A stretch of 64,000 nt of DNA from Macrostomum lignano (lineage: Eukaryota), in NCBI GenBank assembly GCA_002269645.1, contig NIVC01003116.1, positions 54,500 through 118,499 of the forward strand. The letters are read 5' to 3'. A model generated the notes under the pieces. It was not told where the DNA came from. It made no database searches and saw only the letters and a program-made list of their open reading frames with translations. The position numbers and the translations under genes were made by a program. The stretch's first letter is position 1. Each line of letters starts with the position of its first letter. Below, piece after piece: positions 44,301 to 57,239 of the stretch.

Positions 44301-45179
44301 AGAGAGGAGCGAGGAGAGAGGAGAGGATACATAGATAATGAAGAGCTAAATATAGAGTAGAAAAGCTTACTTTCGCATCCGCAGCCGTCATTCGCTCATG
44401 ATATTGCCGCTGAGATCTCATTAACACAGACCTGGATTCTGCCTTTGGTTCTAATTACAGCCGTGCCTCGCTTCTACTCCATCCCCGTCTTTTATCTTTA
44501 TTTTCGGTCCTATCCCCAGAAGACTGTATAAATGACAAAAAAAGAAGAAAGTTCCCTGCGGTCGAGTAGTTGCTAAAAATAGATCCTATCAATCACTAGG
44601 CGGTCGGGGCGCACTGGTGGCACTCTGCATGCTGGCCTGGGAATCAAGGATACAAATGAGATTGATAGTGAGAAGCGCTGGAAGCAGAGGAAGCTCAACT
44701 AAGTATATATGTAGTGGCCTGGAGTGTTGCTAAAATTAGATAAACGAATCCCTACTCTGAGCCTTTGGGACCAATTTGCCAACCCTAATTGGCTGTAGTA
44801 TTGCGTGCGGTTCTCCCGGGAGGGCCCTCAGCCCCTGAAGGCCAGCAGATCTCAAGCGCCGCGGTTTCTTTTAAGTGAGATCGTATAGCAATACTGCAAC
44901 TTTCATGGCAACATTCTGTCAGAGATTTGATGCCAAAATTTAAATTTTCTTTTGCATCCACTATACTAAAATTGCTTCCTAAGGTTCAATAAAATTAATG
45001 TGGGCAATTTGTCAGAATGTCGATTTAGAAGACTGACCATTTCTCGTTTGGGAATTCCCTAGCGAGCATTTGAGTTGAGCAGGTTGGTCTTTTTAAGAAA
45101 CTATTTGAAGCAACTCTGTACCTCACTCGGTGATGTCTAACATGTATTTCATAAAACTGGCACTGTGCGAAGAGGCCTA

Positions 45180-45575
45180 GGTGTGTCTGAGGTGTCTGCA
45201 GTGTTTCTGAGGTGTCTGCACCGTGTCTGAGGTGTCTGCAGTGTGTCTGAGGTGTCTGCAGTGTGTCTGAGGTGTCTGCAGTGTGTCTGAGGTGTCTGCA
45301 GTGTCTGAGGTGTCTGCTACAGTGTGTCTGAGGTGTCTGCTACAGTGTGTCTGAGGTGTCTGCTACAGTGTGTCTGAGGTGTCTGCAGTGTCTGAGGTGT
45401 CTGCTGCAGTGTGTCTGAGGTGTCTGCAGTGTGTCTGAGGTGTCTGCAGTGTCTGAGGTGTCTGCTGCAGTGTGTCCGAGTTGTCTGTAGTGTGTCTAAG
45501 GTGTCTGCACTGTGTCTGAGGTGCCTGCAATGTGTCTGAGGTGTCTGCAGTGTGTCTTAGGTGTCTGCACCGTGT
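45180..45575. repeat. 18-23-bp minisatellite
   Basis: Unit GTGTGTCTGAGGTGTCTGCA with length variants. Confidence 0.93.
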
Positions 45576-46613
45576 TTCCAATGTTCCCACATGTGGAGTG
45601 CCGAAAAAGTGAAAAGCTGCACTTTCTATGCCGAGAAATTCTGCTGATATTTCCTCTAATAATAGTCATCAAAGCATCCATAGAAGATTTTGAAAGCCTG
45701 TTAAACTGCTAGAGCTTCATTTGATGATGATCCTGAGATGATCTGAGATGGGCCCGGGGTAGAAGCGGTCACCCAGTGCGCCTGAGCCGGGTGCAACCAC
45801 CCCCCCCCAGATCTCAATTTTGGATGCGCACTTCCATACTTAGTTGGGCAAGGGCTTTAGTGCTTTCTATCTACTCTAGGCACAATAGACGGGGCAAGTC
45901 GTTGCTATGACAACAGTCCAATAGATCACGTGAGAGAGGGGAGAGAGAGAAATCGAAATGTCATTTTTACACAGCTACTGTTTTCTACCCGGACAGGCCG
46001 CGGGGTTTTTGCATCCTCTAAGGGCGGATCGGGGGAGTCAGAGATGAGTCAGCGCTGAGTTGATGAGTTGTGATTAGTTTGACCTTAAATAGTCAAGCTG
46101 CTCATTATTCAGTCTGAATAGCATATGATACTTTCGTATCCGGTATGTTGGGGCGGATCTCTTAAACTGATTAGTGACAACTTCACATATTTTTGAAAAG
46201 CCCTTTTTGACGAAAATATGTTATTCATGAGTCTAAAAACAAACCGCAATTAAATCAAACTCGATGAGCTCGTGCGCACGTCACTGGACGCGGGACACTG
46301 AAATGTCAATTGATGCAAGTTATTTTTTCGCTATTTTCAAAAGTAGAAACCGACCATTAAACACTTGCATGGCTTCAAGTTGATCTGTGGGAGAGTCAAT
46401 TACAGGTATACGAGCTACTTAGACGTCAAGAATCAGCGAAGCGCCATGTGTAACTAAAAATAGCATCGCCCAATCCCGAAGCGACCGAGTCCCAGCCAAT
46501 CACGGCCGGTCCTGGGTCACTACTTATAGAGCTCGAGTTCGGCAGTCCCCCTTCAGCGCAGTTTCGCTGGCTAAATCCTTAACAAACAGTCAGACTGCTT
46601 CGAATAATTCCCC

Positions 46614-47759
46614 ATGTCGTCATTGGTACCGAAGCCCAGCGCTTCGAGTCACGGCAGTACGCCGAGAACTTCGATCAACACGGACAGCATCTTGTCCCAG
46701 ATCGAGATGGAGCAGCACTACACGGTGAAGCAGGAGCTCGGCCGAGGCACCTACGGCAAGTGCGTATTAGTCACCTGCAAGGAGACTGGCAAGCAGCTCG
46801 TATTGAAACTGTTGGACAAGCGCACAACCCGGATGAAAGATTTTCTGCACGAGCTCAACACCAGCATCTTCCTGTCGGCGCATCCGAATGTCATCGATGC
46901 CTACAGCGTGGCATTCGAGACCGCAGATTATTATTCGTTCGCGCTTGAGTTCGCCCCACTCGGCGACCTGTTCGAGTTCATTCAGCCGGGACGCGGACTG
47001 CCCGAGGCCACCGTCAAGCTGGTGATCGGCCAGATGGCCTCAGCGCTAGAGTTCATGCACTCGCAGAACATCTGCCATCGGGACTTGAAGCCGGAGAACA
47101 TTGCCGTGTTCGAGCCGGACCTCAGCATAGTTAAGCTAGTGGACTTCGGCATGGCACGCAGCGCGGGAACTCTCTGCAAAAAAGTCGGCCCGTCGATTCC
47201 GTACACGCCGCCTGAGATTGCTCAAGCGGCCCGGAGCGAGACCTACCAGGTGCACACTGGCACGGACGTTTGGTCGTTTGGAGTGTTGATCTTCTGCGCT
47301 CTGACAGGCAGTTTCCCCTGGCAAGTGGCCAAAGAGACGGACAATAGCTACTACGAGTTCGTCCAGTGGCAGAAACGGAAGACGCTGAGAACGCCGACAA
47401 ACTTCCGCGAGTTCGCGCCCAGTCTGCAGAAGCTGCTGCGGAAACTGTTGGAGCCGAAGCTGGCCAGGAGGGCGCCAATTACGAAGGTGCGCAAGTATCT
47501 CAATGACGACTGGACGGTACTGATCGGCGGCAGGCAACCGCGTCTCATCGCAGTCGCTAACGAAGTCTCAGCAGGCGGTGACGTCATCTGCGATCTGGAC
47601 AACGAGGAGCTGGAACAGGCTCGCCTGGCCCGGATGCTGGAAAAGTTTGGCGTCAAAACCAAGGTGAACAAGCGAACCAAGGAGCAGCGCGTGTCCGACT
47701 GGGTGCACCACTCGTCACCGTCGGCCGATCTGCCGAGCGAGGAGAGCGACAACGATTAA
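46614..47759 (+). CDS. SBK1: Intronless Ser/Thr kinase, SBK1 (SH3 domain-binding kinase)-like, 381 aa
   Basis: ELGRGTYGK, LVLK, FLHE, AFETADYYSFALEFAPLGDLF, HRDLKPEN, DFG, PYTPPE, DVWSFGVLIFCALTGSFPW; closely follows the SBK family pattern. Confidence 0.9.
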   Translation: MSSLVPKPSASSHGSTPRTSINTDSILSQIEMEQHYTVKQELGRGTYGKCVLVTCKETGKQLVLKLLDKRTTRMKDFLHELNTSIFLSAHPNVIDAYSVAFETADYYSFALEFAPLGDLFEFIQPGRGLPEATVKLVIGQMASALEFMHSQNICHRDLKPENIAVFEPDLSIVKLVDFGMARSAGTLCKKVGPSIPYTPPEIAQAARSETYQVHTGTDVWSFGVLIFCALTGSFPWQVAKETDNSYYEFVQWQKRKTLRTPTNFREFAPSLQKLLRKLLEPKLARRAPITKVRKYLNDDWTVLIGGRQPRLIAVANEVSAGGDVICDLDNEELEQARLARMLEKFGVKTKVNKRTKEQRVSDWVHHSSPSADLPSEESDND

Positions 47760-48894
47760 ACTACTCATAGTAGTTAACACCCCAGCGCCCCCCTTATTAA
47801 CCCCAGCTAATAATGATTCCCTACGCTCTAATGCTCTTTCTCGCACAAGACGTTTAAACAGTAATGCAAAAAACAGGTTCATAATTCGTTCACTTCCATT
47901 GTGTAGCTACTCGCATCATAAATCATGTACTCCCGTTTGTACAATCGAAATATTTTTTCCAACTGAAGCTACACAACATTATTGACTTGCCACTTTGTTG
48001 CCTGCCTCAATTGTTCACGCGAATAAATTGAATTTTGACGAATTGAACTACATCTTACATAAATATAATTTGTAATAACGCCTACAGTGCAAAGCTGCGC
48101 TTGCCATAATGTGAAGCTGTTTAAAAATTACAGAAAAATCCGTTTTTTAAGAATTTCTTTCGGTGTCTCGAACGATTTATTATCGGGAAGAAAAGTAAGT
48201 TGAAGCCAGCTAGAGGAAAGTGCTTTCAGCCCGTCAGAACATCTGCTGTTCTACCCCGTGCTGCCTCTCCGAGCTCTCGTTTTTCGTCTTAGTCACAAGA
48301 TTTTTCTTTTAAGACGCATCCGCGAGCCGGTAGTCTCAACTCAAATATTGGATTACCAAATAATCCACAGAGGATCTCTCCATAAAGGAGAGAGATTTGC
48401 GCAGATTTCTTATTTTTAGATTTTATGAGCACGGGAAAGAGTTCGTTTCCAAGAGTTGGCGTTCGTTTTCATTTCCTCATCTTAAAATTCAAAGAACGAC
48501 GTTTTCTCTTGTCTTGAGTTCCACGCCCCCCACCGACTCAAAGACCTTTTTTATCTTTCGAACGCCCCCTCATTCTCGCCTCTGTCCAGCTTAAGCGATT
48601 TGTCATAAAAATTCAGCAATTTCTACGTGAAAGGAATATTTTTAAAAGTGAGAGAATTCGTCTTGTAGTCCAGAAGCAATGTCACGATTAGCATGTCTGA
48701 CTCCGCCTCCAACGCCCCCACACTAAAGTACAAGGACGCTACACTCGCAGATCGTGCAAATCCTGCTGGAGGTCAGTTTTTGCAGCAAAATTTATTAGCA
48801 AGATGGATATTTTAGCACTAAATTCCCACGACCTCACCTTCTGGAATTGTCAATTGTTCTTAAGCAGGCATGTGTTCCTTTCGAGTTTGATTCA

Positions 48895-50285
48895 CAAGTT
48901 TATCAACCAAGATTGATTCACAAGCTTATCAACCAAGATTGATTCACAAGCTTATCAACCAAGATTGATTCACAAGTTTATCAACCGAGATTGATTCACA
49001 AGCTTATCAACCAAGATTGATTCACAAGCTTATCAACCAAGATTGATTCACAAGTTTATCAACCGTGATTGATTCACAAGTTTATCAACCGAGATTGATT
49101 CACAAGCTTATCAACCAAGATTGATTCACAAGTTTATCAACCGAGATTGATTCACAAGCTTATCAACCAAGATTGATTCACAAGCTTATCAACCAAGATT
49201 GATTCACAAGTTTATCAACCGAGATTGATTCACAAGCTTATCAACCAAGATTGATTCACAAGCTTATCAACCAAGATTGATTCACAAGTTTATCAACCGT
49301 GATTGATTCACAAGTTTATCAACCGAGATTGATTCACAAGTTTATCAACCGAGATTGATTCACAAGTTTATCAACCGAGATTGATTCACAAGTTTATCAA
49401 CCGAGATTGATTTACAAGTTTATCAACCGAGATTGATTCACAAGTTTATCAACCGAGATTGATTCACAAGTTTATCAACCGAGATTGATTCACAAGTTTA
49501 TCAACCGAGATTGATTCACAAGTTTATCAACCGAGATTGATTCACAAGTTTATCAACCGAGATTGATTCACAAGTTTATCAACCGAGATTGATTCACAAG
49601 TTTATCAACCGTGATTGATTCACAAGTTTATCAACCGTGATTGATTCACAAGTTTATCAACCGTGATTGATTCACAAGTTTATCAACCGAGATTGATTCA
49701 CAAGTTTATCAACCGAGATTGATTCACAAGTTTATCAACCGAGATTGATTCACAAGTTTATCAACCGAGATTGATTCACAAGTTTATCAACCGTGATTGA
49801 TTCACAAGTTGATCAACCGAGATTGATTCACAAGTTTATCAACCGAGATTGATTCACAAGTTTATCAACCGAGATTGATTCACAAGTTTATCAACCGAGA
49901 TTGATTCGCAAGTTTATCAACCGTGATTGATTCGCAAGTTTATCAACCGTGATTGATTCACAAGTTTATCAACCGTGATTGATTCACAAGTTTATTAACC
50001 GAGATTGATTCACAAGTTTATTAACCGTGATTGATTCACAAGTTTATTAACCGAGATTGATTCACAAGTTTATCAACCGTGATTGATTCACAAGTTTATT
50101 AACCGTGATTGATTCACAAGTTTATTAACCGAGATTGATTCACAAGTTTATTAACCGTGATTGATTCACAAGTTTATTAACCGTGATTGATTCACAAGTT
50201 TATTAACCGAGATTGATTCACAAGTTTATTAACCGTGATTGATTCACAAGTTTATTAACCGTGATTGATTCACAGGTTTATCAAC
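48895..50285. repeat. 26-bp minisatellite, ~53 copies
   Basis: Unit CAAGTTTATCAACCGAGATTGATTCA; CAAGCTT/ACCAAG variants at the left, TTATT/ACCGTG variants at the right. Confidence 0.97.
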
Positions 50286-51129
50286 CTAATCGGATATTTA
50301 TTATCTACGAGTATTAGTGCTTTTTACAACCTCCTATATCTCGGCTGATGTTTTTGCAGCAAAATTCACAGGGAATTTGGAATTGTAACCTTTGACAAGA
50401 TAGCAAATCAAGCAAAAAATGGCTACAGAGGGACGCGGGATATTTTCAGACTCTGGATGGATAATTTGATCTGTTGTTGATTGATGCAGAATAACATACT
50501 CGTAGATGATGTAAGGTCGAATTCACTGGAACAGTCCATGACCTCATTGACGGGCAAATGATGTGGGGTATACATGCAATCGGAAAATATTGAAAGTACA
50601 ACAAGACAGAAAAGAACAAGACTCGCGAGTTGGTCGGTCGATTTCTCCTAACGCAATTAGACTGGGGCGCTGGAAGGAGCAGGCGGTCCTTCGCTCACAC
50701 AAAAGCGTCTTCTCGACTAACTTGGCAACGTGTCTATGCGCCCTATAGCTAAATATAGACTAGCACGGCTGCTAATGCCGTCAGCGAAGATCTTCGGGTC
50801 ACACAGCATGACTGACTTTGAACCTTTTCTCTCCAGAAGGGCCAGAGGAGCTGCCCCATGCCAGTCTCGATGGGGTCACGGTCCTGGCAGTAAGATCTAA
50901 ATATAGCTCGTGGGCCTGCAGGTCCTGCGCCACCCCAGTTCATCGCACGCTTGCAAGTAGGAAAAGGAATCAATAAAATTCCCATTTGAATCATTCGCTT
51001 CAATGAGCAAGATGCTGCAGGAAAGGGAATCTGTGGATTGACGAACTAGCGAGACACAGAGTACTAAAGAATGTGCAGACACTTCCCAGTAGAACGCTAA
51101 ATGCTAGAAGGCATGTGTCAGTGGGCCGT

Positions 51130-53190
51130 AAATTGTGTCAGTTACAGCAAAAACAGGGGTGTCTCAGTGGCTGTAAATATTGTGTCAACTACTGCAAAAA
51201 CAGGGGTGTCTCAGTGGCTGTAAATATTGTGTCAACTACTGCAAAACACAGGTGTCTCAGTGGCTGTAAATATTGTGTCAGCTACAGCAGAAACAGGTGT
51301 CTCAGTGGCTGTAAATATTGTGTCAGCTACAGCAAAAACAGGGGTGTCTCAGTGGCTGTAAGTATTGTGTCAGCTACTGCAAAACACAGGTGTCTCAGTG
51401 GCTGTAAGTATTGTGTCAGCTACTGCAAAACACAGGTGTCTCAGTGGCTGTAAGTATTGTGTCAGCTACTGCAGAAACAGGTGTCTCAGTGGCTGTAAAT
51501 ATTGTGTCAGCTACAGCAGAAACAGGTGTCTCAGTGGCTGTAAGTATTGTGTCAGCTACTGCAAAACACAGGTGTCTCAGTGGCTGTAAGTATTGTGTCA
51601 GCTACTGCAAAACACAGGTGTCTCAGTGGCTGTAAATATTGTGTCAGCTACTGCAAAACACAGGTGTCTCAGTGGCTGTAAATATTGTGTCAGCTACTGC
51701 AAAACACAGGTGTCTCAGTGGCTGTAAATATTGTGTCAGCTACTGCAAAACACAGGTGTCTCAGTGGCTGTAAGTATTGTGTCAGCTACTGCAAAACACA
51801 GGTGTCTCAGTGGCTGTAAGTATTGTGTCAGCTACTGCAAAACACAGGTGTCTCAGTGGCTGTAAATATTGTGTCAGCTACTGCAAAACACAGGGGTTTC
51901 TCAGTGGCTGTAAGTATTGTTTCAGCTACTGCAAAACACAGGGGTGTCTCAGTGGCTGTAAGTATTGTGTCAGCTACTGCAAAACACAGGGGTGTCTCAG
52001 TGGCTGTAAATATTGTGTCAGCTACTGCAAAACACAGGGGTGTCTCAGTGGCTGTAAATATTGTGTCAGCTACTGCAAAACACAGGTGTCTCAGTGGCTG
52101 TAAATATTGTGTCAGCTACTGCAAAACACATGAGTGTCTCAGTGGCTGTAAGTATTGTGTCAGCTACTGCAAAACACAGGAGTGTCTCAGTGGCTGTAAG
52201 TATTGTGTCAGCTACTGCAAAACACAGGTGTCTCAGTGGCTGTAAGTATTGTGTCAGCTACTGCAAAACACAGGTGTCTCAGTGGCTGTAAGTATTGTGT
52301 CAGCTACAGCAGAAACAGGTGTCTCAGTGGCTGTAAGTATTGTGTCAGCTACTGCAAAACACATGAGTGTCTCAGTGGCTGTAAGTATTGTGTCAGCTAC
52401 AGCAGAAACAGGTGTCTCAGTGGCTGTAAATATTGTGTCAGCTACAGCAGAAACAGGTGTCTCAGTGGCTGTAAATATTGTGTCAGCTACTGCAAAACAC
52501 ATGAGTGTCTCAGTGGCTGTAAGTATTGTGTCAGCTACAGCAGAAACAGGTGTCTCAGTGGCTGTAAATATTGTGTCAGCTACAGCAGAAACAGGTGTCT
52601 CAGTGGCTGTAAATATTGTGTCAGCTACTGCAAAACACATGAGTGTCTCAGTGGCTGTAAGTATTGTGTCAGCTACAGCAGAAACAGGTGTCTCAGTGGC
52701 TGTAAATATTGTGTCAGCTACAGCAGAAACAGGTGTCTCAGTGGCTGTAAATATTGTGTCAGCTACTGCAAAACACAGGAGTGTCTCAGTGGCTGTAAGT
52801 ATTGTGTCAGCTACTGCAAAACACATGAGTGTCTCAGTGGCTGTAAATATTGTGTCAGCTACAGCAGAAACAGGTGTCTCAGTGGCTGTAAATATTGTGT
52901 CAGCTACAGCAGAAACAGGTGTCTCAGTGGCTGTAAATATTGTGTCAGCTACAGCAGAAACAGGTGTCTCAGTGGCTGTAAGTATTGTGTCAGCTACAGC
53001 AGAAACAGGTGTCTCAGTGGCTGTAAGTATTGTGTCAGCTACAGCAGAAACAGGTGTCTCAGTGGCTGTAAGTATTGTGTCAGCTACAGCAGAAACAGGT
53101 GTCTCAGTGGCTGTAAATATTGTGTCAGCTACTGCAAAACACAGGGGTGTCTCAGTGGCTGTAAATATTGTGTCAGCTAGTGCAAAAACG
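51130..53190. repeat. 45-47-bp minisatellite, ~45 copies
   Basis: Unit GTGTCTCAGTGGCTGTAAATATTGTGTCAGCTACTGCAAAACACAG with variants. Confidence 0.97.
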
Positions 53191-54249
53191 GGTGTCAGGT
53201 GAGCAGTTCAAATCCACTGAACTAATAAGTAATAAATCGGTCCTATAGAATAGCAAGGAGGGAAAACAATGATGATTATACTTTCTATACAAACAGAATG
53301 GCCGTTACAAAAACACTGACGTTGTCACGAAGCAGCTAAACTGATTGGCAGCAACAGGTGGCTTATGAGCATAGCCAAGTGTTTATAATCAGTGCCATCT
53401 GCCAGCTCAGATGGTGAATGCGGGTTTAAGCGGGTTCAATATGAGGTTAGGGGCGGTGTTATTTTTCAAAAATTACTATTTACAGACAAAATGAATTGAC
53501 CATTGTGACGCCTTTTTGCCTACATTTCTTTGCTCACAAAGAAGTTTATTGTGACATTCAGACACACGAATAATTATGATATCAATAACCAAATGCATGC
53601 CTCAAAAGGTCTAATATAAAAGGTTCTTGAATATACTACCAGTTGAATCGATTTCTTAAACTTGCTTAAACCCACTAGAGAGTGTAATGCATTAACTTTA
53701 TTCTTTAAATATGGTCATATTAGAGGCTAATATAATGCAGAACTTCCTTAATACCAATTTAAACGCCCACACACCGGCTCTAAAGTATTATATTTCTCAA
53801 TGAAAGGCTTTGAGCTCCCATTTAGACCTTGTGTCTTCGCAAGGGTGCTTCCAGCTCAAATGTATTAAGCGGCTACCGCCTATTGAATAGTCACTTTCCA
53901 AATAGAGTGTATATAGCTGGCCATGAGTAACACAGAGAGCACTGAAGCGCTCTGAAGAGTACTGGATCTGGGAAGAGACGATCTCAAAGTTCCCCATTTC
54001 AAGACAGCTGAGCACGGCCTTCTGACTCTCGTGCTCACTGCAGACAGATTTTTTTCTATACCATTTAAGCGCCATTACTTTTTCTCCATTTTCTGCCGTG
54101 CTCCCCCACACCGCAACCCGCCCACGCAGTAACTTATTAGACATTTCACTCGTTGTATTGAAATTCATATATTACGAGCGTACGCGCTAATTTACTCGAA
54201 ACTCCTGAGAGGTGCCTTCGACTCAAATTGATTTAATTCCAAGCAGTCA

Positions 54250-54310
54250 TAGTCGAGCAGCTTAGTGGTTTAGGGCATCACACTATCGTTTCGATTCCCT
54301 GCTCAACTGC
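54250..54310 (+). other. tRNA-derived remnant (possible SINE head)
   Basis: GAGCAG..CTGCTC stem, A-box-like GCTTAGTGG, B-box-like TTTCGATTCC; anticodon arm missing. Confidence 0.3.
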
Positions 54311-55065
54311 ATTAATTTGAGGCCCTAAAACTCGCCTGGGGGTTTTCGTGTGATTCACCACCCGTGAAGGCCAACCCCCAAGGCACAGACAGTGTACAAA
54401 TTTTTGACGATTAGAAAGTTAGGGCCGCTGTACACTCCTGTGTGAGTGCGTGCCTGTGCGTATGACTGCGTACGCATCCGCGCGCATGTGTGCCTGCTCA
54501 GGGGAGTCGGCGGAATGGGCAGCAATGCCTCTCGCGGGTTGTGTGACAGTGTCGCTTAAAGTCCCTACCAAAAAAGGTTGACCACGTATCAAATACTTAA
54601 AAAATTATTCGTATGTTTTGAGTAAGATGCGTTTTACAGTAAGACGTTTTACAACAATAAATTTCCAACATTTCCAACTAATAGATAGCTAGAAATCAAG
54701 AGCTGGTTTAGAACTCAATCATTGCATGTGATACGAAAAAAGCTACAAGAAGTATGGGAGAGAGACGCGAAGCCCCTATCGCTATTCTCTCATGGAGCCC
54801 GCTATAGGCCATTGTCGTAGCCCATAACTACCAGTATCAAAGCCTGTGTCAACTCCCAGCTCCCATGCCCGTATCGCTATAGGAAGTTTGTCGTATAGTC
54901 CAGGAGCTGCATTCCCCTAAAAGCTCTGTAACCAATGGCAACAAAACCTAAACTCCTCTTCTCCGGAAAAATAGAGCGCCTGCGCTCCTGAGAGGGAGTC
55001 CCAGGAACTCTCAGAAGATTTCCTACTCAGCTAAAAAAGTGTTGCATCCTATCCCAAGCATACCC

Positions 55066-55798
55066 ATGCATCTGACTGTGCTGTCTGCGATCTGGTCCGC
55101 AGTTTTCTTGCTGACGATCGGCCCGGTGATGACTGACCAGAACTGCCCAGCTCCGTTCCAGCTGCACTCAGCCACACAGCTGTGCCTGCTCATCGAGTCC
55201 AGCGAGAGCTACAGCTGGTGCTCCGCCAACCGAAGGTGCGATGAGCTGGGCGGAGAACTTATCAGCTCGCCGGAGTCCATCGTTGCGCTGCTTGCCTCGA
55301 ATCTGGCTGACAACATCACGGTTGACATGTGGACTGGACTCACCGATCTGGGCTACGAGGTTGGAAAGAACAGGACAGGCTGGCAGAGAGTCAACGGCGA
55401 TGGCGAGTTTCCTAGAAATGACTCGCTCTGGTATGGTAGTGAGCCGAACGACGGCTTTCAGCAGAACTGCATTCGTTTTATCGGACACGTACCAAGTAAG
55501 GGATTCGGCGACAGAGAATGCAGCCATTTGCTCGGCTTCGTCTGCCAGTTCATGGAGCCGCCTGCCGCCACCAAATCGGCCGGCTACTGGACTCCAGCTG
55601 AGTTCAAGAGAACCCGGAACGACACGTACTACTGCCACGAGGAGCTGCACCGGTGGACTCGCTGAAAGCCTGCCTGATCAGAGCCTCCCTCTGTACAACA
55701 GCTGGCTGGCCGCCTGCCGCCTGCTGCAGTTCGCCGACGCTCCGGTCGACTCGGAAATCGAGAGCAGCCCGAACTGGGTCAAGCTGGTCAGGGGCTGA
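55066..55798 (+). CDS. Secreted C-type lectin domain protein with frameshifted PAN/apple-like tail (possible pseudogene or assembly error)
   Basis: ATG 55066, hydrophobic signal peptide, CTLD motifs CP..F..CL..S WC.AN..C, WTGL, W..SEPND, NC..D.EC...FVC. Frame 1 stops at 55665; the PAN-like text continues in other frames (VDSLKACLIR, then YNSWLAACRLL..NWVKLVRG* ending 55798). Confidence 0.8.
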
Positions 55799-56386
55799 GT
55801 GGGTCAGGCTAGTCAGGGGCTGAGTGGGTCAGGCTGGTCAGGGGCTGAGTGGGTCAAGCTGGTCAGGGGCTGAGTGGGTCAGGCTGGTCAGGGGCTGAGT
55901 GGGTCAAGCTGGTCAGGGGCTGAGTGGGTCAAGCTGGTCAGGGGCTGAGTGGGTCAGGCTGGTCAGGGCTGAGTGGGTCAAGCTGGTCAGGGTGTGAGTG
56001 GGTCAAGCTGGTCAGGGGCTGAGTGGGTCAAGCTGGTCAGGGGCTGAGTGGGTCAGGCTGGTCAGGGCTGAGTGGGTCAAGCTGGTCAGGGTGTGAGTGG
56101 GTCAAGCTGGTCAGGGGCTGAGTGGGTCAAGCTGGTCAGGGGCTGAGTGGGTCAGGCTGGTCAGGGCTGAGTGGGTCAAGCTGGTCAGGGGCTGAGTGGG
56201 TCAGGCTGGTCAGGGGCTGAGTGGGTCAAGCTGGTCAGGGGCTGAGTGGGTCAGGCTGGTCAGGGGCTGAGTGGGTCAAGCTGGTCAGGGGCTGAGTGGG
56301 TCAGGCTGGTCAGGGGCTGAGTGGGTCAAGCTGGTCAGGGCTGAGTGGGTCAAGCTGGTTAGGGCTGAGTGGGTCAAGCTGGTCAG
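55775..56386 (+). repeat. 25-bp minisatellite whose first unit is the lectin gene's last codons and stop, ~24 copies
   Basis: Unit TGGGTCAAGCTGGTCAGGGGCTGAG = W V K L V R G stop. Confidence 0.95.
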
Positions 56387-57239
56387 AATCTGAGAGTTGG
56401 TTCGATATTTTACTTTTTTAGATACGAGGTGTTAAAGGAGACACTTTTTGACAAAAATGAAAATTAGAAAGAATCTTACTTAACCGATCTTCAGAAAAGT
56501 ACACGCTTTTTATTGTAAACCTTGTTAAACTATTTTGAATCAAGTGCAGACAATGTATTTCATTTGCTGATCTTAAGTTCAATTGCTATAATATGCCGGA
56601 AAAACTACAAACGCCGCTAATAAACTTTGAAACTAAACCGAAGAAGTTTTAATAAAACTGCTCTATCAACTATATTTATCGTTGACCTTGACTAATTGCT
56701 CAAGGACACCAAGATGCTCCTACATTCATTTCTTTCATTTTCTTTTTTGAGTTTGAAGTCAATTTGAAAAAAAAGGAAGTTGAGAGAAGAGCGGTAAACT
56801 TCAAAGGACGACTTTGAAAAGTGCCGCGCTTTTGCAAGTCAATAGATCAAAAATCGATGGACTACCCTCTCTCTGACGTTGCATCAGTACACTGACTATT
56901 CTAGTGCGGTGAACTTCAATGAACTCACCTGACTTGACTGTTCAATTATCCTACAGCTAGGTTTTTGAAATTCATAATATTCTTCTATTATTAGTGTTGC
57001 AAGCAGGAAATTAACCAAACAATGGTTATTGATTACCGAAGGGCTGAATGTTTTCAGTTTACAAACAGCCGATGAGTGAATTTTGCGTCTAATTTAATAA
57101 AATTGATCACAATTTCTGTTCTATTTTGTTAGAAGGCAGTTCTTCTCAGCGCGATCTAGTTTTAAAGTTCAACAGTCTCCATGCCTTCCAGTTTAAAATC
57201 TCGAATCTCGCAACATGCGTACGCTTGTACATGCAGACT

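Larger units (their letters stand above)
43313..46463. promoter_or_regulatory. Cluster of MEF2-consensus sites upstream of the SBK kinase, with proximal E-box, CCAAT and TATA-like element
   Basis: CTA(A/T)4TAG at 43313, 43329, 44346, 44573, 44730 and 46454; CATGTG at 46445, CCAAT at 46496, TTATAGA at ~46524; ATG at 46614. Motif match only, function untested. Confidence 0.5.

Noticed and set aside
41840-44523. Possible minus-strand gene from exon-like pieces (QEIHILFADAQNQLPRIKAFTDLLNAAI*; 44523-44371 with strong splice signals)
   Set aside because: The 153-nt piece has stops in all three frames and the pieces cannot be joined in consistent phase; needs RNA-seq.
50836-50890. Short exon-like segment (GPEELPHASLDGVTVLA) with AG/GT ends
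   Set aside because: Isolated; no partner exons or homology recognised.
51073-53202. Cys-rich ORFs (CLSGCKYCVSY repeats) resembling metallothionein or keratin-associated proteins
   Set aside because: Translation of a 45-47-bp minisatellite with frequent frame changes; no signal peptide or unique flanking coding sequence.
53797-54168. 123-aa minus-strand ORF
   Set aside because: No motif, splice context or family recognised; left unannotated.
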